A DNA stretch of 64,000 bases from an archaeon (GTDB lineage: Archaea; Nanobdellota; Nanobdellia; Pacearchaeales; GW2011-AR1). The notes beneath the pieces were generated by a model. It worked only from the letters and a program-made list of their open reading frames with translations, made no database searches and was not told the DNA's origin. The stretch spans positions 8,647 through 72,646 of the forward strand of contig JBDRCB010000004.1 of assembly GCA_043822125.1 (NCBI GenBank). Reading direction: 5' to 3'. Both the position numbers and the translations under genes were made by a program. Positions 44,231 to 53,040 of the stretch are shown here, one piece after another (positions within the stretch are counted from its first letter, which is position 1; each line of letters begins with the position of its first letter).

Positions 44231-45046
44231 TTAATAATTTTTTATTTTTTGGATTAACTCTGTGATTTGGATAATTTTTTCCAGAGATTTTAAATTCAAA
44301 GGAGATTTATCCCTCATCTCTTTCAAATCTAGCCTTCCCTCATCTGCATCTTCAAAAGCCTTCTGAATATCCTCGTCGGTGATTTTATATGTTTTTTTAA
44401 CTAACCCGACTATTTTTTTATGTTTTTCAATCTCCATCTGCCTCAATATTTTAAGTTGTTGTATTATTCTTTCTCTCACAGCAATTATTTTCTGTTTTTC
44501 AGATTCTGTCAAATCCCTATATGTTAATTCATCTAAAAGTTTCTCAACAGCTTTCCCCTCTAAAACTAAAAATTCCTCTCCATCTATTGTATATCTTACT
44601 TTTCCTTCTCCGACAATAATTTTATTTTCAGAAATACCAAAACCAGTCCCCCTCACTGATGCTACGCTGTTTCCTGTTTTTATTGTGTAATCCTCAATTC
44701 CTAATAGCCTTGTAAGCTGATTCCATGTTTCTCCTTTTTTCTGAAAGACAACAGAATTTGACTCAGCCAGGTTATCTATTAATATTTCTGTATCTGGTTC
44801 CAGAATCACAAGTATGCTTTCATAAAGAATAACTGTCGCAAGCCCCTCGGCAGAAGTCTTTATCATATCTCCTTCTCGCAGCTTCACATTTCCAGACACC
44901 TCTAATTCATTTACATAAACTTTTTCTTTTTCAACATTTAATTGCGCCTTGATAGTTTTTGAAGAAACAATAGAAGAATATGCTACAATTAATAAGAGCA
45001 ATAAAATTGAAAAAATAATTATCGGAATCAAAACTTTTCTCCTCAT
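44231..45046 (-). CDS. FecR-domain-like membrane-anchored protein
   Basis: N-terminal TM. GNVKLREGDMIKTSAEGLATVILYESILVILEPDTEILI...YTIKTGNSVASVRGTGFGI resembles the FecR beta-domain. Separated from the cyclase by 3 nt. Confidence 0.5.
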   Translation of the reverse strand: MRRKVLIPIIIFSILLLLLIVAYSSIVSSKTIKAQLNVEKEKVYVNELEVSGNVKLREGDMIKTSAEGLATVILYESILVILEPDTEILIDNLAESNSVVFQKKGETWNQLTRLLGIEDYTIKTGNSVASVRGTGFGISENKIIVGEGKVRYTIDGEEFLVLEGKAVEKLLDELTYRDLTESEKQKIIAVRERIIQQLKILRQMEIEKHKKIVGLVKKTYKITDEDIQKAFEDADEGRLDLKEMRDKSPLNLKSLEKIIQITELIQKIKNY

Positions 45047-45115
45047 AAAAGTTAAATGTAAAAAGAGTTTTTAAAATATTCTAATTTTAGAATTTAATAA
45101 TTAATTTATTCTTGC

Positions 45116-46222
45116 TTATTCAAAAAATTCTATCCCAAGTTCTTCTTCTATTTCTCTGTGTTTAATATTCTCAATTGACTCTTTATGTCCTAATATCTGC
45201 GAGCTTTTTACTCCTGTAACAATAAGCAAAACTCTAATTGCTTTGTCCATGTCGTCTGAAATTTGCGCACCCCAGATTAATTTGGCATCAGGATTTAATT
45301 TATTTCCTACTGTTTCAATTATTAATTTGCATTCATCTAAGCTCATGTTCGGTCCTCCTATTATATTTACTAAAGCTCCAGCTGCATTAGAGATATCCAC
45401 ATCAAGCAAAGGATTATTAATTGCTTTCTCAACTGATTCTAGTGCACGGTTCGTGCTATCTGACTCTCCCATTCCTATAAGCGAAACACCTCCGTTAACC
45501 ATGACTGCTTTAATGTCTGCAAAATCAAGATTAACCAAGCCAGAAGTTGTTACAAGCTCTGTTGTTCCTTTTACTGCATTTGTTAAAATTTCGTCGGCAA
45601 TTTTAAATGCGGTGTGCAGAGGTAAGTCAGGAGCTAATTCCAGCAGTTTGTCATTTGGAATAACAATCAAAGTATCAACTACTGACTCCATTCTTTCAAG
45701 CCCCTCCATTGCATTTTCAATTCTTTTTTTCCCTTCAATAGTAAACGGCAGAGTCACAACACCAATAGTAAGTGCTCCTTGTTTCTTTGCAAGAGACGCA
45801 ACCACAGGAGCTGCACCTGTTCCTGTTCCACCTCCTAAACCACAAGTAATAAATATCATATCTGAACCTGCTATTTTTTTCTTAATTTCAGATTCTGATT
45901 CTTTTGCTGCTTCTGCTCCTATTTTTGGATTGCTTCCTGCTCCAAGCCCCTGCGTTAATTCCCTTCCTATCAGAATTTTTTGGTCTGCACTTGCATAAAG
46001 AAGGTCCTGTGCATCTGTATTAATTGCTATAAGCTCCCCTCCCCTAATTCCAATCTCCCTCATTCTGCTCAAAGAATTATTTCCTCCGCCTCCAACACCA
46101 ATAACTTTTATCTTTGCTGCCTGTTTCTTCAAAAGCTCTGCCAATTCCTGGTCTATTTTCTCAACTTCTGGAGACAAATCAGAAGGAAAACCACTTTTTT
46201 CATTAAAAACACTCATGCCCAA
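45116..46222 (-). CDS. ftsZ: cell division GTPase FtsZ
   Basis: IKVIGVGGGGNNSLSRM, GLGGGTGTGAAPVVA (tubulin signature), NLDFADIKAVM. Confidence 0.92.
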   Translation of the reverse strand: MGMSVFNEKSGFPSDLSPEVEKIDQELAELLKKQAAKIKVIGVGGGGNNSLSRMREIGIRGGELIAINTDAQDLLYASADQKILIGRELTQGLGAGSNPKIGAEAAKESESEIKKKIAGSDMIFITCGLGGGTGTGAAPVVASLAKKQGALTIGVVTLPFTIEGKKRIENAMEGLERMESVVDTLIVIPNDKLLELAPDLPLHTAFKIADEILTNAVKGTTELVTTSGLVNLDFADIKAVMVNGGVSLIGMGESDSTNRALESVEKAINNPLLDVDISNAAGALVNIIGGPNMSLDECKLIIETVGNKLNPDAKLIWGAQISDDMDKAIRVLLIVTGVKSSQILGHKESIENIKHREIEEELGIEFFE

Positions 46223-46270
46223 AAAAAGAGATTTCAGTTTATAAGTATTATTGTGATTTTAATAAGAAAT

Positions 46271-46924
46271 TTATGAATTATCCTTACTTATCTCCTCTTT
46301 ATCATTTTCAAGCACCTCTAAATTCAAATTAAAAATTTCCTTGAATTTATCTTCAAATAACTTTACAAAATTAGACAATGATTTTTCCATTTTCAAAATC
46401 AATTTACTTTCTTTAACCTCAAAAGGAAAATCTTTCTTAAATAAAAAGTTTATAAAAGATTTTATTTTCTCATTTAAATCTTCAACTTTTCTAAGAACAT
46501 TTATTTTGTAAACTACCTGCTTTCCAGCAAGAGGATTATTAAAGTCCACAATTACCCTGCCTCCTGAAACTGTCAGAACTCTTCCAATTCTGCTGTCAAA
46601 ATTTAAAACCATCCCCTGCACAGGACGTATTTTCTGCTCTGCAAAAAATTTCATAGGAACAATCTGTATTAACTGCGAACTCCTTTTTCCAAAAGCTTCT
46701 TCAGGTTCAAGCCCAATCTCATATTTTCCTATTTCTTTTCCAATCAAAAAATCTTCAATTCCTTTTAAGAACATCCCTTCTCCCAAACAAAAAATAAACG
46801 GCTCTGATCTTAAATTCAAATTTGCTTTCTCCAAATCCTCTTTTATATTTGAGTCAAACAATTCTCCATCTTTAACTCTTCCAGTGAATTCAATTTCTAT
46901 AAAATCTTTTTTTTGCATAGCCAT
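46271..46924 (-). CDS. FKBP-type peptidyl-prolyl isomerase (SlyD-like)
   Basis: FIEIEFTGRVKDGELFDSN and NPLAGKQVVYKINVLRV are typical of archaeal short FKBPs with an insert-in-flap. Confidence 0.75.
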   Translation of the reverse strand: MAMQKKDFIEIEFTGRVKDGELFDSNIKEDLEKANLNLRSEPFIFCLGEGMFLKGIEDFLIGKEIGKYEIGLEPEEAFGKRSSQLIQIVPMKFFAEQKIRPVQGMVLNFDSRIGRVLTVSGGRVIVDFNNPLAGKQVVYKINVLRKVEDLNEKIKSFINFLFKKDFPFEVKESKLILKMEKSLSNFVKLFEDKFKEIFNLNLEVLENDKEEISKDNS

Positions 46925-46972
46925 TTATTTCATCTGTAAAAATGTTTATAAATGTATTTTTTTTGTTAATTT

Positions 46973-47362
46973 ATGGTCTTAAAAATTATTGATGCAACAG
47001 AGGTGAAAGTTGGGACAAATATTCTTATAGAAAAAGAACCTTATACTGTTAAAAAAATAGACATATCAAAAACAGGGAAGCACGGACATGCAAAATGCAG
47101 AATAGAGGCGTCAGGCATAATCAACGGACAAAAAAAAGTTTTCGTGGTTCCAGGACATGATAGATTCGAAGTTCCTATGATTTACAAAAAGAAGGGACAG
47201 GTTCTTTCAATTCTCGAAGGAAAAGTCAGCGTAATGGACTTAGAAAATTTTGAAACATTAGAGGTGCCGTGCACAGAAGAAATAAAATCAGAACTGCAGG
47301 AAAATTCAAATGTGGAATACTGGGATGTTGAAGGAGTCCTAATAATTAAAAGAAAACTTTAA
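46973..47362 (+). CDS. eif5a: translation initiation factor 5A (aIF5A)
   Basis: Hypusination loop SKTGKHGHAKCRIEA. Confidence 0.9.
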   Translation: MVLKIIDATEVKVGTNILIEKEPYTVKKIDISKTGKHGHAKCRIEASGIINGQKKVFVVPGHDRFEVPMIYKKKGQVLSILEGKVSVMDLENFETLEVPCTEEIKSELQENSNVEYWDVEGVLIIKRKL

Positions 47363-47394
47363 TAAACATTACCTATTCATTCTTTACAAATAAA

Positions 47395-47559
47395 AATGGC
47401 GACTAAAATACCTGAAGCACAGAAGAGACTATTCATAAATATATTTGTATGTAAAAAGTGCCTAACAAAAGTTAGGTCAGACCCACAAAGAATCCTTAAG
47501 GGAAAAGTCAAATGCAGAAAATGTAAGAAAAGTGCATTCAGGCCTCTAAAGAAAAAATA
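47395..47559 (+). CDS. rpl40e: ribosomal protein eL40, 54 aa
   Basis: Hand-translated: MATKIPEAQKRLFINIFVCKKCLTKVRSDPQRILKGKVKCRKCKKSAFRPLKKK. CxxC...CRKC zinc ribbon typical of L40e. Below the ORF-track cutoff. Confidence 0.7.
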
Positions 47560-47569
47560 AATTAAACAG

Positions 47570-48994
47570 GTGAAAATGAATTTTATAATATATGATATAG
47601 GGCTATTAGTAATCTTCGCGGTATTCTCTTCAATTCTCCTTTATAAAAAAAGAAAAAAATTAATCTATGAGGGGGCTTTTATTTTATATAAAACAAAATG
47701 GGGAATTAACTTAATAGACAGAATTGGAAAAAACCACAAAAAAACACTGAATGCATTAAGTTATCTTTCAATTTCTCTCGGCTATCTGTTAATGATTAGT
47801 GTAATCTATCTTATGATTAAAACAACTTATCTTTATTTTACCACTTCTATCGCAAAGCAGATAAAAGTCCCTCCTATAATGCCGATTGTTCCTTACATTG
47901 ACAAATTAATTCCTGGCTTTCCTTCTTTTTATTTTGTTTATTTTATCGTCGCGATAGTTATTGTTGCGACAGTGCATGAATTTGCGCATGGAATTTTTGC
48001 AAGATGTTATAACATAAAAATAAAAAGCACCGGCTTTGCGTTTTTAAAATATTTTCCTGCATTTTTTGGGGCATTTGTAGAGCAAGATGAAAAACAGATG
48101 CCTAAAAGGAAAAAATTAGAGCAAATGAGTGTACTTTCAGCAGGAGTTTTTGCAAATTTATTGACTGCTATTTTATTTTTAATCGCACTAGTGTTATTTT
48201 TCTCACTAACTTTTTCTTCAGGCGGAGTTATGTTTACAACATATTCATATTCTATTGTTAATATAAGTGATATTTATTCTGTAAACGGAATTTCTATTGA
48301 CGAGCCAGATTATGAAAAAATCCTTCTAAATACAGAAGAAGGTGTTTTAAATAATATCTCCTCGAAAGAAAGAAATTATCTAATTACAAGAGAAGATTTA
48401 GGAAAACAGAAAAGCGATTATGGGATTTTGGTTTTATACGACGATGCCCCTGCAATAAGAGAGAATATCAGCAATTTAATCAGCGAGATTAATGGAGTGG
48501 AAATAAAAAGCCTGAAAGAACTTGAAAATGAAATTTCAAAATATTCTCCAGGTGATTCAATAAAAATAAAAAGCAAAAAAGAAGATTTTAGCAGAGAATA
48601 TGAGATTATCTTAGAGGAAAATCCCCACAACAACAAACCATGGATAGGAATTGGATTTGAATCAATAGACAGTTCAGGAATATTGGGAAAAATAAGATGG
48701 TTAATTTCTTATTTTAAGAATCCTTATGTTTATTATAAACCTGATTTTAAAATAAGTTTATTTGTCTATGATTTTCTTTGGTGGATAATTCTTATAAATT
48801 TTGCAGTGGCTCTATTCAATATGCTTCCGATAGGGGCTCTCGACGGAGGAAGGTTCTTCTATTTGACGCTATTAGGGCTGACAAAATCAGAAAAAATAGC
48901 AAAAAAATGTTTTTCACTCGCGACATTTTTTATATTTTTCTTGTTTTTATTATTAATGGTTAGATGGATTTCAATTTTTTTATTTAAGCTGTAA
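47570..48994 (+). CDS. site-2 protease (M50 family) with PDZ-like insert
   Basis: HEFAHGIFA (HExxH) within a TM helix, and a distal NMLPIGALDGG (NxxPxxxLDG) motif. Confidence 0.75.
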   Translation: MKMNFIIYDIGLLVIFAVFSSILLYKKRKKLIYEGAFILYKTKWGINLIDRIGKNHKKTLNALSYLSISLGYLLMISVIYLMIKTTYLYFTTSIAKQIKVPPIMPIVPYIDKLIPGFPSFYFVYFIVAIVIVATVHEFAHGIFARCYNIKIKSTGFAFLKYFPAFFGAFVEQDEKQMPKRKKLEQMSVLSAGVFANLLTAILFLIALVLFFSLTFSSGGVMFTTYSYSIVNISDIYSVNGISIDEPDYEKILLNTEEGVLNNISSKERNYLITREDLGKQKSDYGILVLYDDAPAIRENISNLISEINGVEIKSLKELENEISKYSPGDSIKIKSKKEDFSREYEIILEENPHNNKPWIGIGFESIDSSGILGKIRWLISYFKNPYVYYKPDFKISLFVYDFLWWIILINFAVALFNMLPIGALDGGRFFYLTLLGLTKSEKIAKKCFSLATFFIFFLFLLLMVRWISIFLFKL

Positions 48995-49054
48995 TTCAGA
49001 AAAGTATTTAAAATATAATTACATATTTTTTTCAATTAAAAAGAGGTTATTAAT

Positions 49055-49123
49055 ATGGCAAAGAAAAAAGCTGCTAAGAAAAAAACAGCTAAAAAAACAA
49101 CAAAGAAGAAAAAGAAAAAATAA
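49055..49123 (+). CDS. 22-codon poly-lysine micro-ORF (speculative)
   Basis: MAKKKAAKKKTAKKTTKKKKKK, preceded by aagagg 8 nt upstream. It could equally be chance in A-rich DNA. Confidence 0.2.
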   Translation: MAKKKAAKKKTAKKTTKKKKKK

Positions 49124-49169
49124 TTTCTTTGTTGTAAAGATTTAAAATATATTTTGTTTTTATGTTTCT

Positions 49170-50174
49170 ATGATCCCCGATAAGGTGAGAAAAATTTTGA
49201 AAAAGCAACATTATGAAATTGTTGGAAAAAATTCTGCTGTCCAGATATGTCACTGGACTAAAAAATCATTAAGAGAAGAGGGTGTCTGCTGGAAAGAAAA
49301 GTTTTATGGAATAAAAAGCCATCGATGCTGTCAATTTTCTCCGTCGGTGATGTGGTGTGAAAATCAATGTCTGCACTGCTGGCGCCCGATTGAAATGAAT
49401 CTTGGAACAGATTTGGGAGAAATTGATGAGCCAGAAGAAATCATCAAAGGTGTGATTAACGCAAGAAAAAAATTATTAATGGGTTTTAAGAGCAACAAAA
49501 AAACATCTGCAAGAAAATTCAAAGAATCTTTGGAGCCGACGCTGTTTACAATGTCATTGTCAGGGGAGCCGACGTTGTATTCTAAAATTTCTGGGTTAAT
49601 TAAAGAAATAAAAAAAAGAAAAGCAGTTTCTTTTCTTGTCACCAACGGGCTCAATCCAGAAATTCTAAAAAAACTTGCAGAAGAAAAAAATTTTCCTACA
49701 CAGATCACTGTTTCTACAAACACCCCTAATGAAAAACTCTTTAACTCCTGGCACTGCTCTTCAAAAAAAAATGCGTGGAAAAAATTCAATGATACTCTTA
49801 AATTATTAAAATCCTTAAAAGGAAGAACACGAAGAGTTATTCGGCTCACCCTTGTAAAAGAAGGCGACAGCAAAGAAAAATTCAAAGAGATATCTAATAT
49901 GAAAGATGAACATATTTTAGAATATGCTGTTTTAATCCGTAAAGCAGAGCCTGATTTTATCCATGTCAAAGGTTTTAAGTCCTTAGGTTATTCCCGTCAG
50001 AGAATGGGTTACAGCAAACAGCCATTTTACGATGAGGTTTTAGAATTTGCAAAAAAACTTGCCAAAGAATTAAAATCAGAAAAATATAAAATTCTTGCAA
50101 AAGATGAATTGTCGTGTGTTGTTTTAATTGGAAAAGACAAAAAAATGATGAAGATTAAGAAAAAAGAGGGTTAA
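49170..50174 (+). CDS. taw1: tRNA 4-demethylwyosine synthase Taw1/TYW1 (radical SAM)
   Basis: VQICHWTKKSL...GVCWKEKFYGIKSHRCCQFSP..WCENQCLHCWRP is the TYW1 double-cluster signature. Confidence 0.8.
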   Translation: MIPDKVRKILKKQHYEIVGKNSAVQICHWTKKSLREEGVCWKEKFYGIKSHRCCQFSPSVMWCENQCLHCWRPIEMNLGTDLGEIDEPEEIIKGVINARKKLLMGFKSNKKTSARKFKESLEPTLFTMSLSGEPTLYSKISGLIKEIKKRKAVSFLVTNGLNPEILKKLAEEKNFPTQITVSTNTPNEKLFNSWHCSSKKNAWKKFNDTLKLLKSLKGRTRRVIRLTLVKEGDSKEKFKEISNMKDEHILEYAVLIRKAEPDFIHVKGFKSLGYSRQRMGYSKQPFYDEVLEFAKKLAKELKSEKYKILAKDELSCVVLIGKDKKMMKIKKKEG

Positions 50175-50175
50175 A

Positions 50176-50580
50176 TTATTGTTCTCTATCTATTATAATA
50201 AAAGTACTGCTATCTTTTTCAGATGAAAATTTATATGATCCTGAAGGTAACGCTCCACACATTTCTTGTTCATAGTCTTGAAGTATCTTGTGAGGACTTT
50301 TTCCAGTTGAAAGCTCCAACCAAACCATATCTTTTATTTCATTTGGATGGATTTCTTTTTTGGGACTAGCATTATTAACTTCAAAAATATCTTCTGTTAA
50401 AAAAATGTTTCTATTACTTGTTGGATACAAAACTCCAACAACTCCAATAGATGGATTAAATCTGGCGACTCTAACTATTTTTTTCTGATCAAGATATCGA
50501 ACATATAAAACATCATCTAATTTTCTAACCGGAGGTATACCAGAATCCTTTAATGTTTTTGGGATATATTGTTTACTCAT
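50176..50580 (-). CDS. hypothetical protein (third gene of a small operon)
   Basis: Start taken at MSKQYIPK, 1 nt downstream of the preceding stop (ORF track: 50631). No motif. Confidence 0.4.
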   Translation of the reverse strand: MSKQYIPKTLKDSGIPPVRKLDDVLYVRYLDQKKIVRVARFNPSIGVVGVLYPTSNRNIFLTEDIFEVNNASPKKEIHPNEIKDMVWLELSTGKSPHKILQDYEQEMCGALPSGSYKFSSEKDSSTFIIIDREQ

Positions 50581-50581
50581 T

Positions 50582-50932
50582 TCACAAATCAATAACTCCT
50601 TCTTTTGTAAGTGCTGCGAAGCGTATTCCAACAGGCAGATTTATCAGAGCAGAAATCAACGCCATATGCTCTTTGCCGTCACCAGATGCAATGCTTAATG
50701 CAACCTCAGTTCCTTCAAATTTTCCTTTTAATTTTTCCTTGAACTCCTGCTGAAGCTCTTTTATTTTTTTATCCAAATCAACTTTGATGAATTCAAATTT
50801 TTTTTCATGCTTGAATTCTTTTGCAAAATCCCCTCCGAGAACAACTATTTTTTCCCAATCGCCGTACTTCATTAAGCCAGACACCTGCGCCCACGAACCT
50901 TTTCCAGATGATAAAAGTGCAACGAGTTCCAT
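50582..50932 (-). CDS. hypothetical small Rossmann-like protein
   Basis: Start taken at MELVALLSSGKGSW (ORF track: 50974). The beta-strand/Gly-loop/helix start and SIASGDGKEHMALISAL are weakly reminiscent of CARF-type ligand-binding folds. Confidence 0.4.
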   Translation of the reverse strand: MELVALLSSGKGSWAQVSGLMKYGDWEKIVVLGGDFAKEFKHEKKFEFIKVDLDKKIKELQQEFKEKLKGKFEGTEVALSIASGDGKEHMALISALINLPVGIRFAALTKEGVIDL

Positions 50933-50933
50933 T

Positions 50934-51230
50934 TTAGTATAATTTAACCTCTTCCACAAAATTCCGAGGAACATTTACAATAGTAAGAATAGTGCTTATC
51001 AATGAACCTTCTTTTCTTCGATCTTCAATTTCATGTTTAGTTAGGGGGGTTTCTACGGTGACTTTCCCTCCTCCCTGATCTTCAAATAAAACAAAATCTC
51101 CTTTATTATAAGGCCCCCCAAGAGTATCAAAACTTTCCACAACAACACCTATTGTACCTTCATAAGGAATCCTATCTTTTTTCATTCTCTTGAGACAATA
51201 TATTGCTGTTTTAAAATCAAGAGTTCGCAT
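50934..51230 (-). CDS. hypothetical protein (first gene of a small operon)
   Basis: 98-aa ORF, no motif. Its stop lies 1 nt from the next start. Confidence 0.4.
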   Translation of the reverse strand: MRTLDFKTAIYCLKRMKKDRIPYEGTIGVVVESFDTLGGPYNKGDFVLFEDQGGGKVTVETPLTKHEIEDRRKEGSLISTILTIVNVPRNFVEEVKLY

Positions 51231-51326
51231 GATTAAAAAGAGAAATTGATTATTTTTAAGTATTATTATAATAGATTTAAACCAAATAATTTATAAACTT
51301 TCTTTTTCTGGAATTTTTACCGTAAA

Positions 51327-51376
51327 CTACATCGTTGCGAGATATTTTCTATGCTCACAGCGCATAATGTAGGAGG
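51327..51376 (+). promoter_or_regulatory. GC-enriched stem-loop in the rpl1 leader, overlapping the SD (possible L1 autoregulatory site)
   Basis: CTACAT(51327-32)/ATGTAG(51367-72), inner TGCG(51336-39)/CGCA(51361-64) and GAG/CTC pairs. SD AGGAGG lies at 51371-76. Confidence 0.25.
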
Positions 51377-51381
51377 ATGAA

Positions 51382-52017
51382 ATGGAAGAAGAAATTAAGA
51401 AAAAAATAATTAATGCATTAGATGAACTTAGAAAAGAAAAAGAAAGAAAATTCAATCAGACAGCTGATTTAATCATAAATCTGCAAAAATTTGATGTGAA
51501 AAAAACACCTATTAATTTATTTGTAAATATTCCTTACAAAATAAAGGAAAAAAGTGTTGCTGGTTTTTTAGAATCAAAAAATAAAAATATAGATGCAATA
51601 ACTCCTGAGGAATTTAAGAAATATTCTGACAAAAAAGAATTAAAAAAAATTGTCAGTAAATATGATTTTTTTATTGCGCAGGGAAAGTTAATGCCCAATG
51701 TTGCTACAACTTTCGGAAGGGCTCTGGGTCCTGCAGGGAAAATGCCTTCTCCTCAGATGGGAATAATTCTAAATGCCGACGACAAAACAATAAAAGAGTT
51801 GAAGGAAAAAATAAATAATATGATTAAAGTGAGAGTAAAAGAGGCTAGTGTGAAGCTTGCGATAGGAAAGCAGGACATGAAAAATGAAGAGATTGTTGAG
51901 AATGTTGGTGTTTTTTACGATGCTTTGGAAAAGGCACTCCCAAAAGGAAAAGATAATATAAAAAATATTGAGATAAAATTCACTATGACTAAACCACGTA
52001 AGATACAGATAAGATGA
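51382..52017 (+). CDS. rpl1: ribosomal protein uL1
   Basis: FNQTADLIINLQKFDVKK, IAQGKLMPNVATTFGRALGPAGKMPSP. Confidence 0.9.
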   Translation: MEEEIKKKIINALDELRKEKERKFNQTADLIINLQKFDVKKTPINLFVNIPYKIKEKSVAGFLESKNKNIDAITPEEFKKYSDKKELKKIVSKYDFFIAQGKLMPNVATTFGRALGPAGKMPSPQMGIILNADDKTIKELKEKINNMIKVRVKEASVKLAIGKQDMKNEEIVENVGVFYDALEKALPKGKDNIKNIEIKFTMTKPRKIQIR

Positions 52018-52832
52018 CGCAAAAAAGACCTGTCCCAGAATACAAGAAAAAAATCGTGAATGATTTAATGAATTTGATTAAAAGCAAAAAGACAATTATG
52101 ATTACCTCAATAAAAAACATTCCTGCTTCGCAGTTCCAGGCAATAGGGAAAAAACTTAGAGAAAAAGCAGTAATAAAAGTCCCTAAAAAGAACCTTATTT
52201 TCAAGGCAATAGATTCTTCTGGTAGCGAAGCTGTAAAAAAATTAAAAGAGCATGTTGGAGACAGTTCTGCAATTTTATTCTCAGAACTAGATGCCTTTGA
52301 GCTCGCAGGAGAATTGGTTAAAAATACAAGTCCTGCAAAAGCAAAAGCAGGACAGGAAGCTCCTTTTGATATTGAAATTGAAGCTGGACCTACAAATCTG
52401 ACCCCGGGTCCTGCAATCAGCGAGCTTGGTGCATTAGGGATTGAAATTCAAATTGAAAAGGGAAAAATCAATATTAAATCTTCAAAGGTGATTGTGCAAA
52501 AAGGAAAAAAAATCTCCCAGAACGCAGCAGAAGTTATGAATAAACTTGACATTAAACCATTTTCAGTTGGATTCATTCCTTTAGCAGCATTTGATACAGC
52601 AGAAGAGAAGCTTTACCTTGATATTAAAATCGATAGAGAAAAAACATTGGAAAAATTAAAAGATGCTTATAAAAAAGCACTTGGGTTTGCCGTCGCTGTT
52701 GGTTATGTTTCAGAGAGTACAATAAAATTTTTAATCAATAAAGCATATACTCATGGAAAAGCAATTGAGAATCTTCAGGGTGCAAAACAAAAAAGTGAAA
52801 GTAGCGGGGAGGAAGTTAAAAATGGAGAATAA
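52014..52832 (+). CDS. rpl10: ribosomal stalk protein uL10 (P0), short form
   Basis: PEYKKKIVNDLMNLIKSKKTIMITSIKNIPASQFQAIGKKLR is the archaeal P0 N-domain. It is 272 aa and ends ...SGEEVKNGE, without a GLxALFG-type tail. Confidence 0.85.
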   Translation: MTQKRPVPEYKKKIVNDLMNLIKSKKTIMITSIKNIPASQFQAIGKKLREKAVIKVPKKNLIFKAIDSSGSEAVKKLKEHVGDSSAILFSELDAFELAGELVKNTSPAKAKAGQEAPFDIEIEAGPTNLTPGPAISELGALGIEIQIEKGKINIKSSKVIVQKGKKISQNAAEVMNKLDIKPFSVGFIPLAAFDTAEEKLYLDIKIDREKTLEKLKDAYKKALGFAVAVGYVSESTIKFLINKAYTHGKAIENLQGAKQKSESSGEEVKNGE

Positions 52833-53040
52833 TTATCTAAAAGGAAATTTAGAAGGTGCCAAAAGAAGGTATGAAGAAGGAATTAGAATATATGAAATTG
52901 ATTTAAAGAGTGGTAATCCTGTTATATCACAAAATGCGAGAATTGTCGTAGATAAATTAAAAAAAATGAAAAATATAACAGAAAAAGAATTAGAAAACTT
53001 GCTTACTCAAGAAATTAAATTTTCTGGAGGAGATAAATAA
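52822..53040 (+). CDS. 72-aa hypothetical ORF between P0 and P1
   Basis: [20 protein letters not shown]...FSGGDK. Its ATG lies inside the last codons of P0. Its TAA is fused to the P1 start (TAATG). Confidence 0.4.
   Translation: MENNYLKGNLEGAKRRYEEGIRIYEIDLKSGNPVISQNARIVVDKLKKMKNITEKELENLLTQEIKFSGGDK

Noticed and set aside
45243-45998. 251-aa ORF on the + strand
   Set aside because: It lies entirely antisense to ftsZ, whose product has unmistakable tubulin/FtsZ motifs. The antisense product is low-complexity (S/P/I-rich) with no motif. This is a shadow ORF.
49055-49123. Calling the micro-ORF ribosomal protein eL41
   Set aside because: As I remember it, eL41 is Arg-rich (RKKRMRRLKRKRR-like). 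This peptide has no Arg. I kept it only as a low-confidence ORF.
52753-52821. Longer 95-aa version of the ORF between P0 and P1
   Set aside because: The first 23 codons lie fully inside rpl10 in another frame. The internal ATG at 52822 gives a minimal overlap. This choice is tentative.
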